Below are positions 17,452 through 26,889 of a stretch of DNA of 64,000 nt, in pieces. This stretch comes from Oscillospiraceae bacterium. GTDB taxonomy: Bacteria; Bacillota; Clostridia; Oscillospirales; WRJC01. A program made the translations under genes and the position numbers. Under the pieces are notes generated by a model that was given only the letters and a program-made list of their open reading frames with translations, was not told where the DNA came from and searched no databases. How positions within the stretch are numbered: the stretch's first letter is position 1; every line of letters begins with the position of its first letter. Where the stretch lies: the NCBI GenBank assembly GCA_009783265.1, contig WRHM01000009.1, forward strand, positions 29,339 through 93,338. The letters are read 5' to 3'.

Positions 17452-18708
17452 TTAATCTAAATCTATTAATCCAGACTCATATTTTACCGCCAATATTCTT
17501 TTAACTGATCCGTTAATTTGTTCTTCCGGTATTTCCCCCGATTTAACGGCGTTTATCACGCCATGATACGCGCTGTTGAAATCTTCGGGCATCAACAGCA
17601 TATCTACTCCGGATAAAATTGATTTGACCGCTGTTTCTTCTGACGTATAATAATTTATTATCGCGCCCATAGAAAGCGAATCAGTTATAATTATCCCGTT
17701 AAACCCCAATTTATCGCGTAAAATATCCCGCAGCAAAAAATCTGAAAATATAGCGGGCAAATTATTATTTTCAATATTAATATTTGGCGTTGCGATATGC
17801 CCTGCCATAACAAAAGGCACATTAGTTTCTATCCCTGTTTTAAACGGTATAAATTCGCACTCATATAATTCGTCAAGAGATTTTTTGGTTATTGCCGTAC
17901 CGTAATGCGAATCTTCGCTTGTGTCACCGTGACCGGGAAAATGTTTTAACACAGGCAAAATCCCGTTATCAAGTAAGCCCTGCGAAAAATATTTCACCAT
18001 TTCAGCCGCAGTATCAGGTTCAGTCGAAAACGCCCTATCGCCGATAACTGTATTTGACGGATTAGTAAATACGTCCGCAACCGGCGCAAAATCAAGATTA
18101 AACCCAAGCGGCTTTAAATAACCGGCGACTGTTTTCGCGGAATCATAAGCCTTTTGAGCGTCTCCTGAACTGCCGGTACTAAGAGCAGACGCTATTCGCG
18201 GCACATTGAGGGAGTCCGTTCTCAGCACCCGGCCGCCTTCTTCGTCGATTCCGATAAATAAAGTTATACCTGCCTCGTTTTGTAAGTCGCGTATATACTC
18301 CGTTACCTGATTAATATCTTTTATATTCTCCGAAAATAAAACAACCCCGCCGATACCGCAATCTTTTATTATATTTTTAATATTTTCGTCAATTTCAACA
18401 ATATCATTTCCCGCATTATCCTGTCTGAACGCGCAAAAAAACATCTGCCCCACTTTTTGTTCCAAAGTCATATTTTCAATTAACGCCTCGATTTTTTGTT
18501 CCGTATTTAAAATTATTTCTGTTGTATCAGGTATCCCGGCGTTTAATATTTCGCTTTCCTTTTGTGTCGTATTTATATTTAAAACCGGTTCAGGAGTTGA
18601 CGCCATTGAAGATTCGGAAGAAAATTTTATAATTATAAAAATACATAACTGAAAAATTAATATTCCCGATAAAACAAATAATACGGCAATCCTTTTTTTA
18701 TTCATCAT
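17452..18708 (-). CDS. Glycoside hydrolase family 3 N-terminal-domain protein (beta-N-acetylhexosaminidase NagZ-like), membrane-anchored/secreted
   Basis: KHFPGHGDTSEDSH motif, GIDEEGG and ITDSLSMGA. N-terminal signal anchor. Confidence 0.85.
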   Translation of the reverse strand: MMNKKRIAVLFVLSGILIFQLCIFIIIKFSSESSMASTPEPVLNINTTQKESEILNAGIPDTTEIILNTEQKIEALIENMTLEQKVGQMFFCAFRQDNAGNDIVEIDENIKNIIKDCGIGGVVLFSENIKDINQVTEYIRDLQNEAGITLFIGIDEEGGRVLRTDSLNVPRIASALSTGSSGDAQKAYDSAKTVAGYLKPLGFNLDFAPVADVFTNPSNTVIGDRAFSTEPDTAAEMVKYFSQGLLDNGILPVLKHFPGHGDTSEDSHYGTAITKKSLDELYECEFIPFKTGIETNVPFVMAGHIATPNINIENNNLPAIFSDFLLRDILRDKLGFNGIIITDSLSMGAIINYYTSEETAVKSILSGVDMLLMPEDFNSAYHGVINAVKSGEIPEEQINGSVKRILAVKYESGLIDLD

Positions 18709-18857
18709 TTCCTTTTATTTTCTTTCAGAATAAATATTAATAATATTGCTTATTATTATATAACATAATTGCGTATATTGCAATATACAAAAAACCTGAG
18801 GACGGGAAACCCCCGCCCTCGCATGTTTTTAATATTATAGCAATTATTATGTTTATT

Positions 18858-19280
18858 TTATCTCCATCTCCAGAAAGGGCGGCGTCTGCCGAAAATCCTA
18901 TTCAAGAATAAAATACCGGCAATATCCGAAAGAGCCCCGCGGTCATAACGTCTCCAGTGATCCCTGCCGTAACCGCCGTGTCTGCCGAACTCATATATTG
19001 TCTGGACTGCGTCTCCGTCCTTTTTTGAATACGGGTCCGGATCCATATTATTTTTATAATTATCGTCCATTCCCGAACGGCGGATTGCCTCGTCTGTCAT
19101 TTGATTCAGCAATTCTTCGGATAAATATATATTCCCGTATTTGTGCTCCATTTCTTTTATCATCTGATCGCATATCGGGGCAAACGTTTTATACACTTCG
19201 GGATACATGTGTTCTTCGGTTTCATGCGGCATATTCATGTTATTTTGGTTATATCCTTTATTCATTTTTATATCTCTCAC
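18858..19280 (-). CDS. Hypothetical protein (Arg/Trp-rich C-terminus)
   Basis: 140-aa ORF followed by an intrinsic terminator at about 18800-18840 (minus). No recognisable motifs, and the start is uncertain (GTG 19280 or ATG 19265). Confidence 0.4.
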   Translation of the reverse strand: MRDIKMNKGYNQNNMNMPHETEEHMYPEVYKTFAPICDQMIKEMEHKYGNIYLSEELLNQMTDEAIRRSGMDDNYKNNMDPDPYSKKDGDAVQTIYEFGRHGGYGRDHWRRYDRGALSDIAGILFLNRIFGRRRPFWRWR

Positions 19281-19412
19281 TTTATATTTATTTTATGTTA
19301 ATTTTATGTTAATTTTAACTGAATACTGGATTTAATTCAGTTATTAATATAATATGCGGGCTATGATAAAAAAGATAAAACGGGAAAAGTTAATTTATAG
19401 TTAAAAATTCCG

Positions 19413-19441
19413 TTGACAAAATATGAATTATATGTTACAAT
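19413..19441 (+). promoter_or_regulatory. Sigma-A promoter (TTGACA-17-TACAAT)
   Basis: Exact -35, 17-nt spacer and near-consensus -10, upstream of the 20-aa ORF. Confidence 0.65.
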
Positions 19442-19514
19442 AATTTTTGTTAAATTTTATTTTTATTTATAATATAAAAAATATAAAGAAAAAAGAAAGC
19501 AGAGGTGTGCTATC

Positions 19515-19577
19515 ATGAAAAATATTATAAGTATATTATTATTCAGATATCTAAAGCGCACTGCTGTTTTATATTAA
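19515..19577 (+). CDS. 20-aa small ORF MKNIISILLFRYLKRTAVLY (leader peptide or small peptide)
   Basis: AGAGGTG RBS 7 nt upstream, a promoter about 75 nt upstream and a terminator about 30 nt downstream. Confidence 0.35.
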   Translation: MKNIISILLFRYLKRTAVLY

Positions 19578-19604
19578 TTTATTTTAATTAAACAGTTATT
19601 ATTT

Positions 19605-19635
19605 TAACGCGTCTGAATAAGGCGCGTTTTTTTAT
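19605..19635 (+). terminator. Intrinsic terminator/attenuator upstream of the ABC-class ATPase gene
   Basis: aacgcg-tctgaataagg-cgcgtt stem followed by TTTTTTT. Confidence 0.55.
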
Positions 19636-19677
19636 TTTATTTTTTATTTAAAATTATTCAGGAGTATTTATTAATTT

Positions 19678-19930
19678 ATGAAAAGATTAAAAGATTATCT
19701 ATTGAACATGAATCCAAATTCAACGACTTACGAAGAATTATATGAGGGTAAAATGTTAGTCTGGCCCGTTCCGCTTGATTCTGACCCCGAATATATATAC
19801 GACAGCACATATTGGTATACAGTATCTGAACAGGTTATTTTACACAAGGAGAATTCTATGAAAAGATTAAAAGATTATTTATTGAACATGAATCCAAATT
19901 CAACGACTTATGACGAGATATATGAAGGGC
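19678..19930 (+). repeat. Tandem duplication of the 5' 60-codon module of the ATPase gene (period 180 nt)
   Basis: 19678-19737 and 19858-19917 are about 58/60 identical (both encode MKRLKDYLLNMNPNSTTY). Similarity decays afterwards (DSTYWYTVSEQ vs DSTYLYETLEHEQ). Confidence 0.85.
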
Positions 19931-21777
19931 TGATGGCTATTCCGGGTCAACCCCCGACACCGGTAAACGACAGCACATATCTTTATGAAACATTAGAGCA
20001 TGAACAAATAGCGTTTAAAATTGACAGGACACATAAACTTGCACTCGATAAACCTACTATCACGATAAGCATACCTATAAAAATGTTAGATTTAACTCCG
20101 AAAGATTGCAGTCATGTAGCGGCAAGCGATTATATTTTACGGTCTGCAAAAAAATATTTCGACGAGTTAAACGAAGAAATCATAAACCGAAAACGTCCCG
20201 CGAAAGAAACCGGAAGATATTATATTTATTCGCCCGGCGGCGAAGTTTTAAAACGAAACTGCGTATATTTTCAGGACGTTGAGAGAAAATATTACAGGCT
20301 TCTCGGATATAGAAAAGATAAATCAAAAGTAAACAATCATTATTTAATATCAATCCCGTCGATGTGGGACGACGTTCCTGAACTGCAAAGACTGCCCGAA
20401 TTCTGCGTGAATATTATGATACAGGTGCAATTACCCAATAAGCAGTTCAAAAAAACGATAAAAATGCTCACGCGTGATTTGCCGGACGCTGTTGACAGAT
20501 TTATTTTAGAATTTAACGTACAGAAACTTCGCGCAGCAGTCGCGTTAAACAAAAAACAGGAAGAAATACGCGAATGGCTCAGACAAAGCGATTACTGCGC
20601 GTTTATCGCTAACGGCGCGATATTGCCCAGAAAAGGCAACTCTCCCCTGCCTGCCGAAAACGCAGTCCCGTTTAAGTCTCCCGAATGTGACGAAATTACA
20701 GTCTGCGGACTTTTGGGCATGGGAATAAAAAAAGGCGTGACGGTTGTCACGGGAGGGGGTTATTCCGGCAAAAGCACTTTACTCGACGCAATCTCAGCCG
20801 GAATTTATAATCATATAAAAGGCGATGGCAGGGAATTTGTCATAACTGATGATACCGCGATAAAAATTTCGGCTGAGGACGGTCGGAGCGTAAAAAACAT
20901 AAATCTTTCCCAGTTTATAAAATGGCTGCCAAACAACGGTGACGTTTCACATTTTTATACAGAACACGCGTCGGGTTCAACGTCTCAGGCAGCGAACATA
21001 ATCGAAGCCGTGAATTTCGGTGCGAAACTGTTTCTGATAGACGAAGATAAAAGCGCGACGAATTTTATGATACGCGACGACATGATGAAAGAGTTGATAA
21101 AACGCGAGCCGATTACGCCGTTTACAGACAGGGTCCGGCAGTTATACGGCGAAGCCGGAATATCGACGATACTTGTTGTCGGGGGCAGCGGCGAATATTT
21201 ATCAGTTGCGGACAATGTTATCATGATGGACGAATTTCACGCGTTAAACGCAACGGAGCAGGCGAAAGAAATTTATAAAAACGTGAAAAATATCAACGGT
21301 TCTGTAGGGGCGCGCATTGCGCGACCGCAAAATATTCCGGAAACGGACGACCAATGGTCGCCCCTACAATCAAATAAATGCGAATGGTTCTCTGAGCGCA
21401 GATTAATCACAGAAAAATTTACTTCATATCCCAAAGAGAGCGAAGACGCTTACAGCGGCACGGAACGCCTTGAGATTTCAGACATGGGATTTATAATAAT
21501 CGGCGACGAAAAAATAGACGTAAGAAATCTGCACAATTTTATCTCGTTCGCGCAGATTAACGCCGTCGGATATATGCTGAGATATTTGGAACTGTCGAGT
21601 AGAGAAGCAGTCAGCGACATACAAAAAATCGTCGATGATTTATATGACATAATCGAAAAAAAAGGGGTAGAGTCTATTCATTCGACGTTTTTTAATTGTG
21701 AACGCTGGCTTGATATGCCGCGAAAATGCGAGCTTTACGCCGTAATCAACCGAATGAGGTTTGTTGATTTTATATAA
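19678..21777 (+). CDS. ABC-class ATPase domain protein (COG3044-type 'predicted ATPase of the ABC class')
   Basis: Walker A VTGGGYSGKSTLLDAI, Walker B LFLIDEDKSATNFM, and GDGREFVITDDTAIKISAEDGRSV typical of the family. Alternative start at 19858 has a better RBS (AAGGAG). Confidence 0.75.
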   Translation: MKRLKDYLLNMNPNSTTYEELYEGKMLVWPVPLDSDPEYIYDSTYWYTVSEQVILHKENSMKRLKDYLLNMNPNSTTYDEIYEGLMAIPGQPPTPVNDSTYLYETLEHEQIAFKIDRTHKLALDKPTITISIPIKMLDLTPKDCSHVAASDYILRSAKKYFDELNEEIINRKRPAKETGRYYIYSPGGEVLKRNCVYFQDVERKYYRLLGYRKDKSKVNNHYLISIPSMWDDVPELQRLPEFCVNIMIQVQLPNKQFKKTIKMLTRDLPDAVDRFILEFNVQKLRAAVALNKKQEEIREWLRQSDYCAFIANGAILPRKGNSPLPAENAVPFKSPECDEITVCGLLGMGIKKGVTVVTGGGYSGKSTLLDAISAGIYNHIKGDGREFVITDDTAIKISAEDGRSVKNINLSQFIKWLPNNGDVSHFYTEHASGSTSQAANIIEAVNFGAKLFLIDEDKSATNFMIRDDMMKELIKREPITPFTDRVRQLYGEAGISTILVVGGSGEYLSVADNVIMMDEFHALNATEQAKEIYKNVKNINGSVGARIARPQNIPETDDQWSPLQSNKCEWFSERRLITEKFTSYPKESEDAYSGTERLEISDMGFIIIGDEKIDVRNLHNFISFAQINAVGYMLRYLELSSREAVSDIQKIVDDLYDIIEKKGVESIHSTFFNCERWLDMPRKCELYAVINRMRFVDFI

Positions 21778-22579
21778 AATTTATCTCACCGCTTTGAATT
21801 ATTGTCTCTTCGCCGTTATCCTGTTTGACGATAAGATTTCCGGTTTCGTTTATATCAAGAATTTTGCCTTTGAATATCCCGCCGCCCTGCGAAAACGATA
21901 TATCTATTCCGGTCAAAAGCTTTTTTCTGTATTCATCAAGCAGTAATCTGCGCGGCATGAATAAAAACTGCGTAAAGTTATTTACGGTTTCGCAGATAAT
22001 ATCTGCGCGGCCGTATTTTTTATTTTGGTTCGAGATAATTTTTAGAGATGACGCCGTATTTTTTATATCGTCCGGGAAATCCGTTATATTTTGATTGACG
22101 TTTAACCCTATGCCGACAATAATATAAGATACACCGCAATTTTCACTTTCGTCAGCTTTGACTGACGCTTCGGTCAGTATCCCGCATACTTTTTTATATT
22201 TATAGCCGGTATCGGATTTATAAAGCAAATCGTTTGGCCATTTTATAATTAATTCTATCCCGCATAAATCAGATACTGTCCGGCTTACAGCCAACGCCGC
22301 AATAAGCGGGAAAAAATTTATATCGCCGATATTTAATTTTATATTCTCCCGATTAAGTTTTACAGTAAAATATATCCCGTTTTTATTCTCAGAATAGAAA
22401 TTCCTGCCGTACCTGCCTTTTCCGGCGGTTTGCTTTTCGGCGATAATTAAAAGATTGTTTTTACTGATATATTTTTTTGCGTCGCCGTTAGTTGACTCCG
22501 TAGATTTTTTATAAATGACTTCATAATCTAATTTTATTTTTTTTTGCCGCATAAGGCTCAGGATTTCCCGTTTGTTCAT
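21770..22579 (-). CDS. birA: Biotin--[acetyl-CoA-carboxylase] ligase
   Basis: GKGRYGRNFYS (GRGRxGRxW-type) motif, KWPNDL, and a C-terminal SH3-like tail. Its 3' end overlaps the convergent ATPase gene by 8 nt. Confidence 0.85.
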   Translation of the reverse strand: MNKREILSLMRQKKIKLDYEVIYKKSTESTNGDAKKYISKNNLLIIAEKQTAGKGRYGRNFYSENKNGIYFTVKLNRENIKLNIGDINFFPLIAALAVSRTVSDLCGIELIIKWPNDLLYKSDTGYKYKKVCGILTEASVKADESENCGVSYIIVGIGLNVNQNITDFPDDIKNTASSLKIISNQNKKYGRADIICETVNNFTQFLFMPRRLLLDEYRKKLLTGIDISFSQGGGIFKGKILDINETGNLIVKQDNGEETIIQSGEINFI

Positions 22580-22672
22580 AATATAATTAACCTGACACTT
22601 GAATTTTTAAAAATTATGATATATAATGTATTTATATTTAACATGACGATGGAAAATAAACGGAGAAACTAA

Positions 22673-23446
22673 ATGATTGGTATATTTTCTGTAATCGAAA
22701 AAAGATTTCTGGATTATATTAGCTCTATTTCATTCACGAAAGAACAGGACAATATTTTAAATATCCTGAAACTTGAGCATACGAACAGGGTTGTAAATTT
22801 GTCCGAAATATTGGCTGAATCGGTTTTTAATACTCAAGAAGATTATATTATTCTTTCTAAAATCATAGCCGTTTTGCACGATATTGCGCGTTGGGACCAA
22901 ATGAAAACTTACGGCGGATTCACGGATATACAGGGCGACCACGGCGAAACCGGCGCGGCTATAATATCCCGGAACGATATGCTGAACGGCATTGAGACAA
23001 AATATAAACAGATAGTCCTGACCGCAATACGCGAACATAACAAAAAATATTCGGGGAAATACGACAAATTTACGCAAATGTTTGTCGATATAATAAGAGA
23101 CGCGGACAAAATAGATAATTTATATATCGAAGTTGAAAATTATAATAACAGCGATAAGTCTTTAAAAAATATCCTGCCGTTTTCCGGAGAACACAGGCTG
23201 TCGCAAAAAATTTATGACAATATAATGAGCGAAAGCGTGTCGGATTCAAAAGACAGGGAGACGATTATAGATTTTAAATTTTTTAAAATGTCATGGTGCT
23301 ATGAGATAAAAATTCCCAAAAGTATCGAAATAATACGCGAAAGCAAATATATCGGGGATATATATAGCGATATATCAAATCCCGACGATATGATGATAAA
23401 AGCTTATGAAAAAATATGCGAGTATCTTGAAAATCGTATAACATAA
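22673..23446 (+). CDS. HD-domain phosphohydrolase
   Basis: H...HD motif (VLHDIAR) and downstream RDADKIDN. Confidence 0.75.
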   Translation: MIGIFSVIEKRFLDYISSISFTKEQDNILNILKLEHTNRVVNLSEILAESVFNTQEDYIILSKIIAVLHDIARWDQMKTYGGFTDIQGDHGETGAAIISRNDMLNGIETKYKQIVLTAIREHNKKYSGKYDKFTQMFVDIIRDADKIDNLYIEVENYNNSDKSLKNILPFSGEHRLSQKIYDNIMSESVSDSKDRETIIDFKFFKMSWCYEIKIPKSIEIIRESKYIGDIYSDISNPDDMMIKAYEKICEYLENRIT

Positions 23447-23498
23447 AAAATTATATAAAAAATATAAAATAAAATTATAAACAAAGGAGAAAAATATC

Positions 23499-24323
23499 AT
23501 GAATTTATCGTCAACATTAAAATTAAACAACGGAGTTGACATCCCGGTTCTCGGCCTCGGAGTTTTTAAATCCAACGAAGGGGACGAAACTTATAACGCC
23601 GTAAAATATGCAATCGAGGCAGGTTACAAGCATATCGACACGGCGGCGATTTACGGCAATGAAAAAAGCGTGGGAAAAGCAATCAAAAACAGCGGCGTAA
23701 AACGCGAAGATATTTTCATCACGACTAAACTCTGGAACGAAAACCAGCGTCAGGGCAATCAATATCAGGCATTCGAAGAAAGCCTCGAGCGTCTCGGAAT
23801 TGACTATGTCGATTTATATCTTATTCACTGGCCGGTTAAAGGCAAATACGTAGAATCATGGAAAATCCTCGAAAAGATATACAAAGAAGGCCGGGCAAAA
23901 GCAGTCGGCGTGAGTAATTTTCATATACATCATTTAGAAGATATTTTCGCAGAGGTTGATTTAATCCCCGCTGTAAATCAGGTCGAGTGCCACCCGTGGC
24001 TGACGCAAGTCGAACTTGTGGATTTCTGCCAGAAAAAAGGCATAATATTCGAGCCGTGGAGTCCTCTTGGAGCAGGCGCGCTTATCGAAAACGAAACTTT
24101 AAAATCAATCGCGCAGAAATATAACAAATCAACGGCGCAGCTGATTTTGAAATGGGGATTGCAGAGGGGATTTATAAATATCCCGAAATCAGTCCACAAA
24201 GACAGGATCATACAAAATTCCGAGATTTTTGATTTTACAGTAACAGACGAAGATATGGCTGAGATATTTAAGTTAAATATCGGCAAAAGAGTCGGCGCAG
24301 ACCCTGAAACATTCACGTTTTGA
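23499..24323 (+). CDS. Aldo/keto reductase (2,5-diketo-D-gluconate/glyoxal reductase-like)
   Basis: GYKHIDTAAIYGNE, LWN, DYVDLYLIHWP and IPKS motifs. Confidence 0.9.
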   Translation: MNLSSTLKLNNGVDIPVLGLGVFKSNEGDETYNAVKYAIEAGYKHIDTAAIYGNEKSVGKAIKNSGVKREDIFITTKLWNENQRQGNQYQAFEESLERLGIDYVDLYLIHWPVKGKYVESWKILEKIYKEGRAKAVGVSNFHIHHLEDIFAEVDLIPAVNQVECHPWLTQVELVDFCQKKGIIFEPWSPLGAGALIENETLKSIAQKYNKSTAQLILKWGLQRGFINIPKSVHKDRIIQNSEIFDFTVTDEDMAEIFKLNIGKRVGADPETFTF

Positions 24324-24353
24324 TTTTAAAATATATATTATGCAATCAAATTC

Positions 24354-24380
24354 AAGGGCGGGTTACCCCCGCCCTTTTTG
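24354..24380. terminator. Bidirectional terminator
   Basis: gggcggg-ttacc-cccgccc stem followed by a T-run, between convergent genes. Confidence 0.75.
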
Positions 24381-24396
24381 TATTACGCTTTATGTT

Positions 24397-25032
24397 TTAT
24401 TTAAGAAACTCAACAGCCAAATCAGCAGCCGACGCAGCGTCAGCTGTATATCCGTCAGCTCCGATTGATTCGCAGTAAGCGTCGGTTATCGGCGCGCCGC
24501 CTATCATGATTTTAACTTTGTCTCTTATGCCTTCTTTTACAAATATATCTACGACGTCTTTCATTACGCCCATAGTAGTCGTGAGCAGGGCAGAGCAGCA
24601 TACTATCTGGCAGCCCTGTTCTTTGACAGCCGCAAGAAATTGTTCAGGCGAAACGTCAACGCCTAAATCAACTACTTCGATGCCTTTGCCTTCCATCATC
24701 ATTTTGACAAGATTTTTGCCTATGTCGTGCAGGTCGCCCTTGACTGTCCCGATACAGATTTTGCCCAAAGGCTGTACGTTTGCGTCCGCGAGATACGGTT
24801 TAAGCAAATCAGTTCCGGCTTTCATAGCCCTCGCCGAAATCAATACTTCGGGGACATATACTTCGTTGTTCTTAAACTTGTCGCCTATTATGCTCATACC
24901 CGGGAGAAGTCCTTCTTCGAGTATCGCCTTTGCTCCCAGTCCGTCTGCCAGAGCCTGCTCTATAAGAGCTTTTACTTCTTTTGCTTTGCCTTTCTGTAAC
25001 TGTTCTGATATTTCGTTTAAGATTGCTGACAT
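24397..25032 (-). CDS. Cobalamin (corrinoid)-binding protein of methyltransferase systems (MtaC/MtbC-like)
   Basis: B12-binding DxHxxG motif (GDLHDIGKNLV) preceded by a helical cap domain. Confidence 0.85.
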   Translation of the reverse strand: MSAILNEISEQLQKGKAKEVKALIEQALADGLGAKAILEEGLLPGMSIIGDKFKNNEVYVPEVLISARAMKAGTDLLKPYLADANVQPLGKICIGTVKGDLHDIGKNLVKMMMEGKGIEVVDLGVDVSPEQFLAAVKEQGCQIVCCSALLTTTMGVMKDVVDIFVKEGIRDKVKIMIGGAPITDAYCESIGADGYTADAASAADLAVEFLK

Positions 25033-25063
25033 GATAATAGTTCCTCCTGTAAATTTAAAATTT

Positions 25064-26581
25064 TTAATTATATAAATTTTTTTTGAACGCCGGTTTTTCT
25101 TTAGGGGGGATCTGCCCGTTGCACTCTTTGAATTTTTTTGGCGTGACTCCGGTTATTTTTTTGAAAACTTTATTAAAATAACTCTGGTCGTAAAATCCCA
25201 CGTTTGCCGCTATATCGACAAGGCTTATCCGTTCTGTCAGTAATAAAACCTTGCTTTTTTCTACCCTGACAAAATTCAAATAATCGTTAAAATAATAATT
25301 CATTTCTTCTTTGAAGATTTTTGAAAAATACGACGGGGACAAAAACACATATTCAGCGACTTCGTTTAAAGTCAGTTTGCGCATATAATTTGTTTTAACG
25401 TAAGAGACTGCCTTTGAGATCAAATCCACATGTTTTACGTGTGAAAACTCAAAAGTCTCTTTTGTGAATTTTCTTAATATATCAGTCAAAGCCCAGCAGA
25501 CTTCCTCGATTGTTTTATAATTAAAAAATTCGCTTAAAAATTTTATGTTTATATCAAAAATCTTTGACTGGTCAGCTCCTCCGTCGAGCGCGGCCCTTGA
25601 AATCATCACCGAAAGTTCCATTGCCCTGACTTTTATAACATCGGGATTATTCGCCGACGAGAAAAATATATGCCCCAGTATCTCGTTAAGATATTTTCTC
25701 GTGTTTGCCAAATCGTTGCTTATTATAGCGTAAGCAAGCTGTTTTTCTTTATCATACGGATATGATATATAACTCTGGCTTTCTTTAATAAGCGCGGCTT
25801 TGACGTTTTGAATATACTCGCCGATTTGCTTCTGCTGCTCGTATATCTCATTGTTTTTTATAAATCTCGGCATATCGGCTTCTTCAGATAATTGCCTTGA
25901 GCAGACATATAATAAATTCGCGATATGCGTTATCAAGTCAGACGCGATAACCGGGACTTCTTTTACGGTTTCCAGAGTTTGGCTAAAATTTATATTAAGA
26001 TTTAACGCGCCGATCAATTCGTCAACGTCGAAATCTTCGGCATAAACCGGGGAAATCGGGCCCGCCGCAAGATACCGAACGTCTTCGCCTCCGTTAAGAG
26101 TGACGGGGCATACTATAAAAACAAATCCGGCAGGACAGAAATAAATATATTTTCCCCCGAAGCGTTCGCTCTGTTCACCCGCGTATACGTGAACACCGAA
26201 GCAATAATTATCTTCGATTGTTTTAGTTTTAATTGATTCGATTTTATCAGACAAACCGGATAAATCAGGGTTATTAGCCGTCATAAATTTAGAATTTTTT
26301 ATTATTTTACAGGCGCATCCGCATGAATTTACGTCGCATATCGCAGAGTTTTTCTTATCGATACACATAACCCCGCATTTTATGCTCTTTGAAAAAGACT
26401 CCATGAGTTTTTTTTCGCTCATATCGTCTATATCCGTTATATTTATATCATCGTTTTTATTATCTGCATCTGTCTTGGTGGTTTCAATATGCATCTGTTC
26501 GACGATTTTGACATCGGCATTTTTAGAATCCTGTAATTTATCCAATTTATCGCTTTTACCGCTCACAGTTTTCTTACGCAT
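25064..26581 (-). CDS. AraC-family transcriptional regulator with Cys-rich PocR-like sensory region
   Basis: C-terminal AraC HTH (LTLNEVAEYVFLSPSYFSKIFKEE...GFYDQSYFNKVFKKITGVTPKKF). N-terminal half carries CGVMCID...CGCAC. The true start may be internal. Confidence 0.75.
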   Translation of the reverse strand: MRKKTVSGKSDKLDKLQDSKNADVKIVEQMHIETTKTDADNKNDDINITDIDDMSEKKLMESFSKSIKCGVMCIDKKNSAICDVNSCGCACKIIKNSKFMTANNPDLSGLSDKIESIKTKTIEDNYCFGVHVYAGEQSERFGGKYIYFCPAGFVFIVCPVTLNGGEDVRYLAAGPISPVYAEDFDVDELIGALNLNINFSQTLETVKEVPVIASDLITHIANLLYVCSRQLSEEADMPRFIKNNEIYEQQKQIGEYIQNVKAALIKESQSYISYPYDKEKQLAYAIISNDLANTRKYLNEILGHIFFSSANNPDVIKVRAMELSVMISRAALDGGADQSKIFDINIKFLSEFFNYKTIEEVCWALTDILRKFTKETFEFSHVKHVDLISKAVSYVKTNYMRKLTLNEVAEYVFLSPSYFSKIFKEEMNYYFNDYLNFVRVEKSKVLLLTERISLVDIAANVGFYDQSYFNKVFKKITGVTPKKFKECNGQIPPKEKPAFKKNLYN

Positions 26582-26786
26582 TTTTTTTACCCTATCAAAA
26601 AATTATCCGAATAACAAAATTATAACAAAAAAAACGCGCATTTAATTGTAAAAAAACGCTTTTTTTTGTATTATTGCGAAATTATTAGATAAAATTTATT
26701 ATATCATATTTATAATATTAAATCCACAGTTAAATTTTTTATGTAAAATAAACGCAAAAAAATTAAAAAATTTTAAAAACAAACGC

Positions 26787-26815
26787 TTGACAAATAAGCG
26801 CATACATGATATATT
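26787..26815 (+). promoter_or_regulatory. Sigma-A promoter (TTGACA-17-TATATT) for the amino-acid ABC operon
   Basis: Exact -35 and a 17-nt spacer. Confidence 0.6.
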
Positions 26816-26889
26816 ACAGTAAAGCGTTAATGCGGCAAAAGAATAAATTCCGCGTTAAAATAATATATAATTAAGGAGAAATACATAAA

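Noticed and set aside
19678-21777. The large ATPase could be a defence-system component (OLD/Gabija/AAA-type).
   Set aside because: The motif pattern matches the widespread COG3044 'ABC-class ATPase' family. No nuclease, partner or other defence genes are adjacent.
24506-25075. A 189-aa plus-strand ORF, and similar long 'shadow' ORFs: 3462-3962(-), 13331-13867(-), 54517-54900(-), 50908-51276(-), 50310-50696(+), 2816-3274(+).
   Set aside because: All lie antisense or out of frame to well-supported genes. They lack RBSs and have low-complexity or atypical composition.
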